A DNA stretch of 16,660 nt from Marine Group I thaumarchaeote (GTDB taxonomy: Archaea > Thermoproteota > Nitrososphaeria > Nitrososphaerales > Nitrosopumilaceae): assembly GCA_044358425.1 (NCBI GenBank), contig CP054849.1:1340848-1357507 (forward strand), in the 5' to 3' direction. Both the position numbers and the translations under genes were made by a program. The stretch's first letter is position 1. The number at the start of each line of letters is the position of its first letter. The notes beneath the pieces are model-generated. The model saw nothing but the letters and a program-made list of their open reading frames with translations, was not told where the DNA came from and ran no database searches. This document shows positions 16,362 to 16,660 of this stretch, one piece after another.

Positions 16362-16660
16362 ATGGCAGAGTCTAAAGAATCTAATTTTAACAACATTATT
16401 AGTAAAATAATCAAAAAATCACTGTTTACAGAGCGACAAATTGAAATTATTTTAAATCAAAAGGATCTTTTAGAATCAAGTTTTTCCATATCTAAAGGTG
16501 CGTATTATAGGCAAGTAGGCCAATCTAGAGAGAAATTAGTCGCACTATTCTATTCAATCATTCTTTTACGTGGTTTAGGCATACTTTTGCCTGATGATAT
16601 TGATGTGATATCCAAACTTTCTGAACAGATTAGTGTGATTAATGATAGTGATATCTTTCC
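16362..16660 (+). CDS. Hypothetical protein, possibly HTH/Tfx-like DNA-binding (partial, runs off the window)
   Basis: Open frame from ATG 16362: MAESKESNFNNIISKIIKKSLFTERQIEIILNQKDLLESSFSISKGAYYRQVGQSREKLVALFYSIILLRGLGILLPDDIDVISKLSEQISVINDSDIF... The segments TERQIEI and ISKGAYYRQV..SREKL resemble sigma70-region-4/Tfx-like HTH helices. Not in the ORF track because it has no stop in the window. Confidence 0.75.
   Translation, partial: MAESKESNFNNIISKIIKKSLFTERQIEIILNQKDLLESSFSISKGAYYRQVGQSREKLVALFYSIILLRGLGILLPDDIDVISKLSEQISVINDSDIF

Overview
An AT-rich, very compact core-genome region from an archaeon, most likely a marine ammonia-oxidising Nitrosopumilaceae member (Nitrososphaerota/Thaumarchaeota). 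The archaeal assignment rests on PolD DP2, GGGP synthase, a thermosome, a class I CCA enzyme and GINS. The family-level guess rests on low GC and the overall sequence style. Gene order: partial membrane/secreted protein; UPF0201 RNA-binding protein and UPF0200 P-loop kinase, divergent from thpR (2H phosphoesterase), cca and an atypical RIO-like kinase; tRNA-Pro(GGG); small Cys/His protein; SQR-like flavoprotein and SDR; AN1 zinc finger; membrane protein; Gins51; glnA; membrane protein; thermosome; glyA; polC (DP2); GGGP synthase; and a partial putative HTH-like protein that the ORF track misses. I see no mobile element, CRISPR array, intein or rRNA, and the sequence alone does not prove a new system. 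The best candidate is the five-gene RNA-end-processing cluster next to the tRNA, which includes a kinase with a non-canonical catalytic loop. Other leads are several candidate operator palindromes or repeats, an AN1 finger with a MinD-like amphipathic tail, and a probable GGGPS-polC operon.
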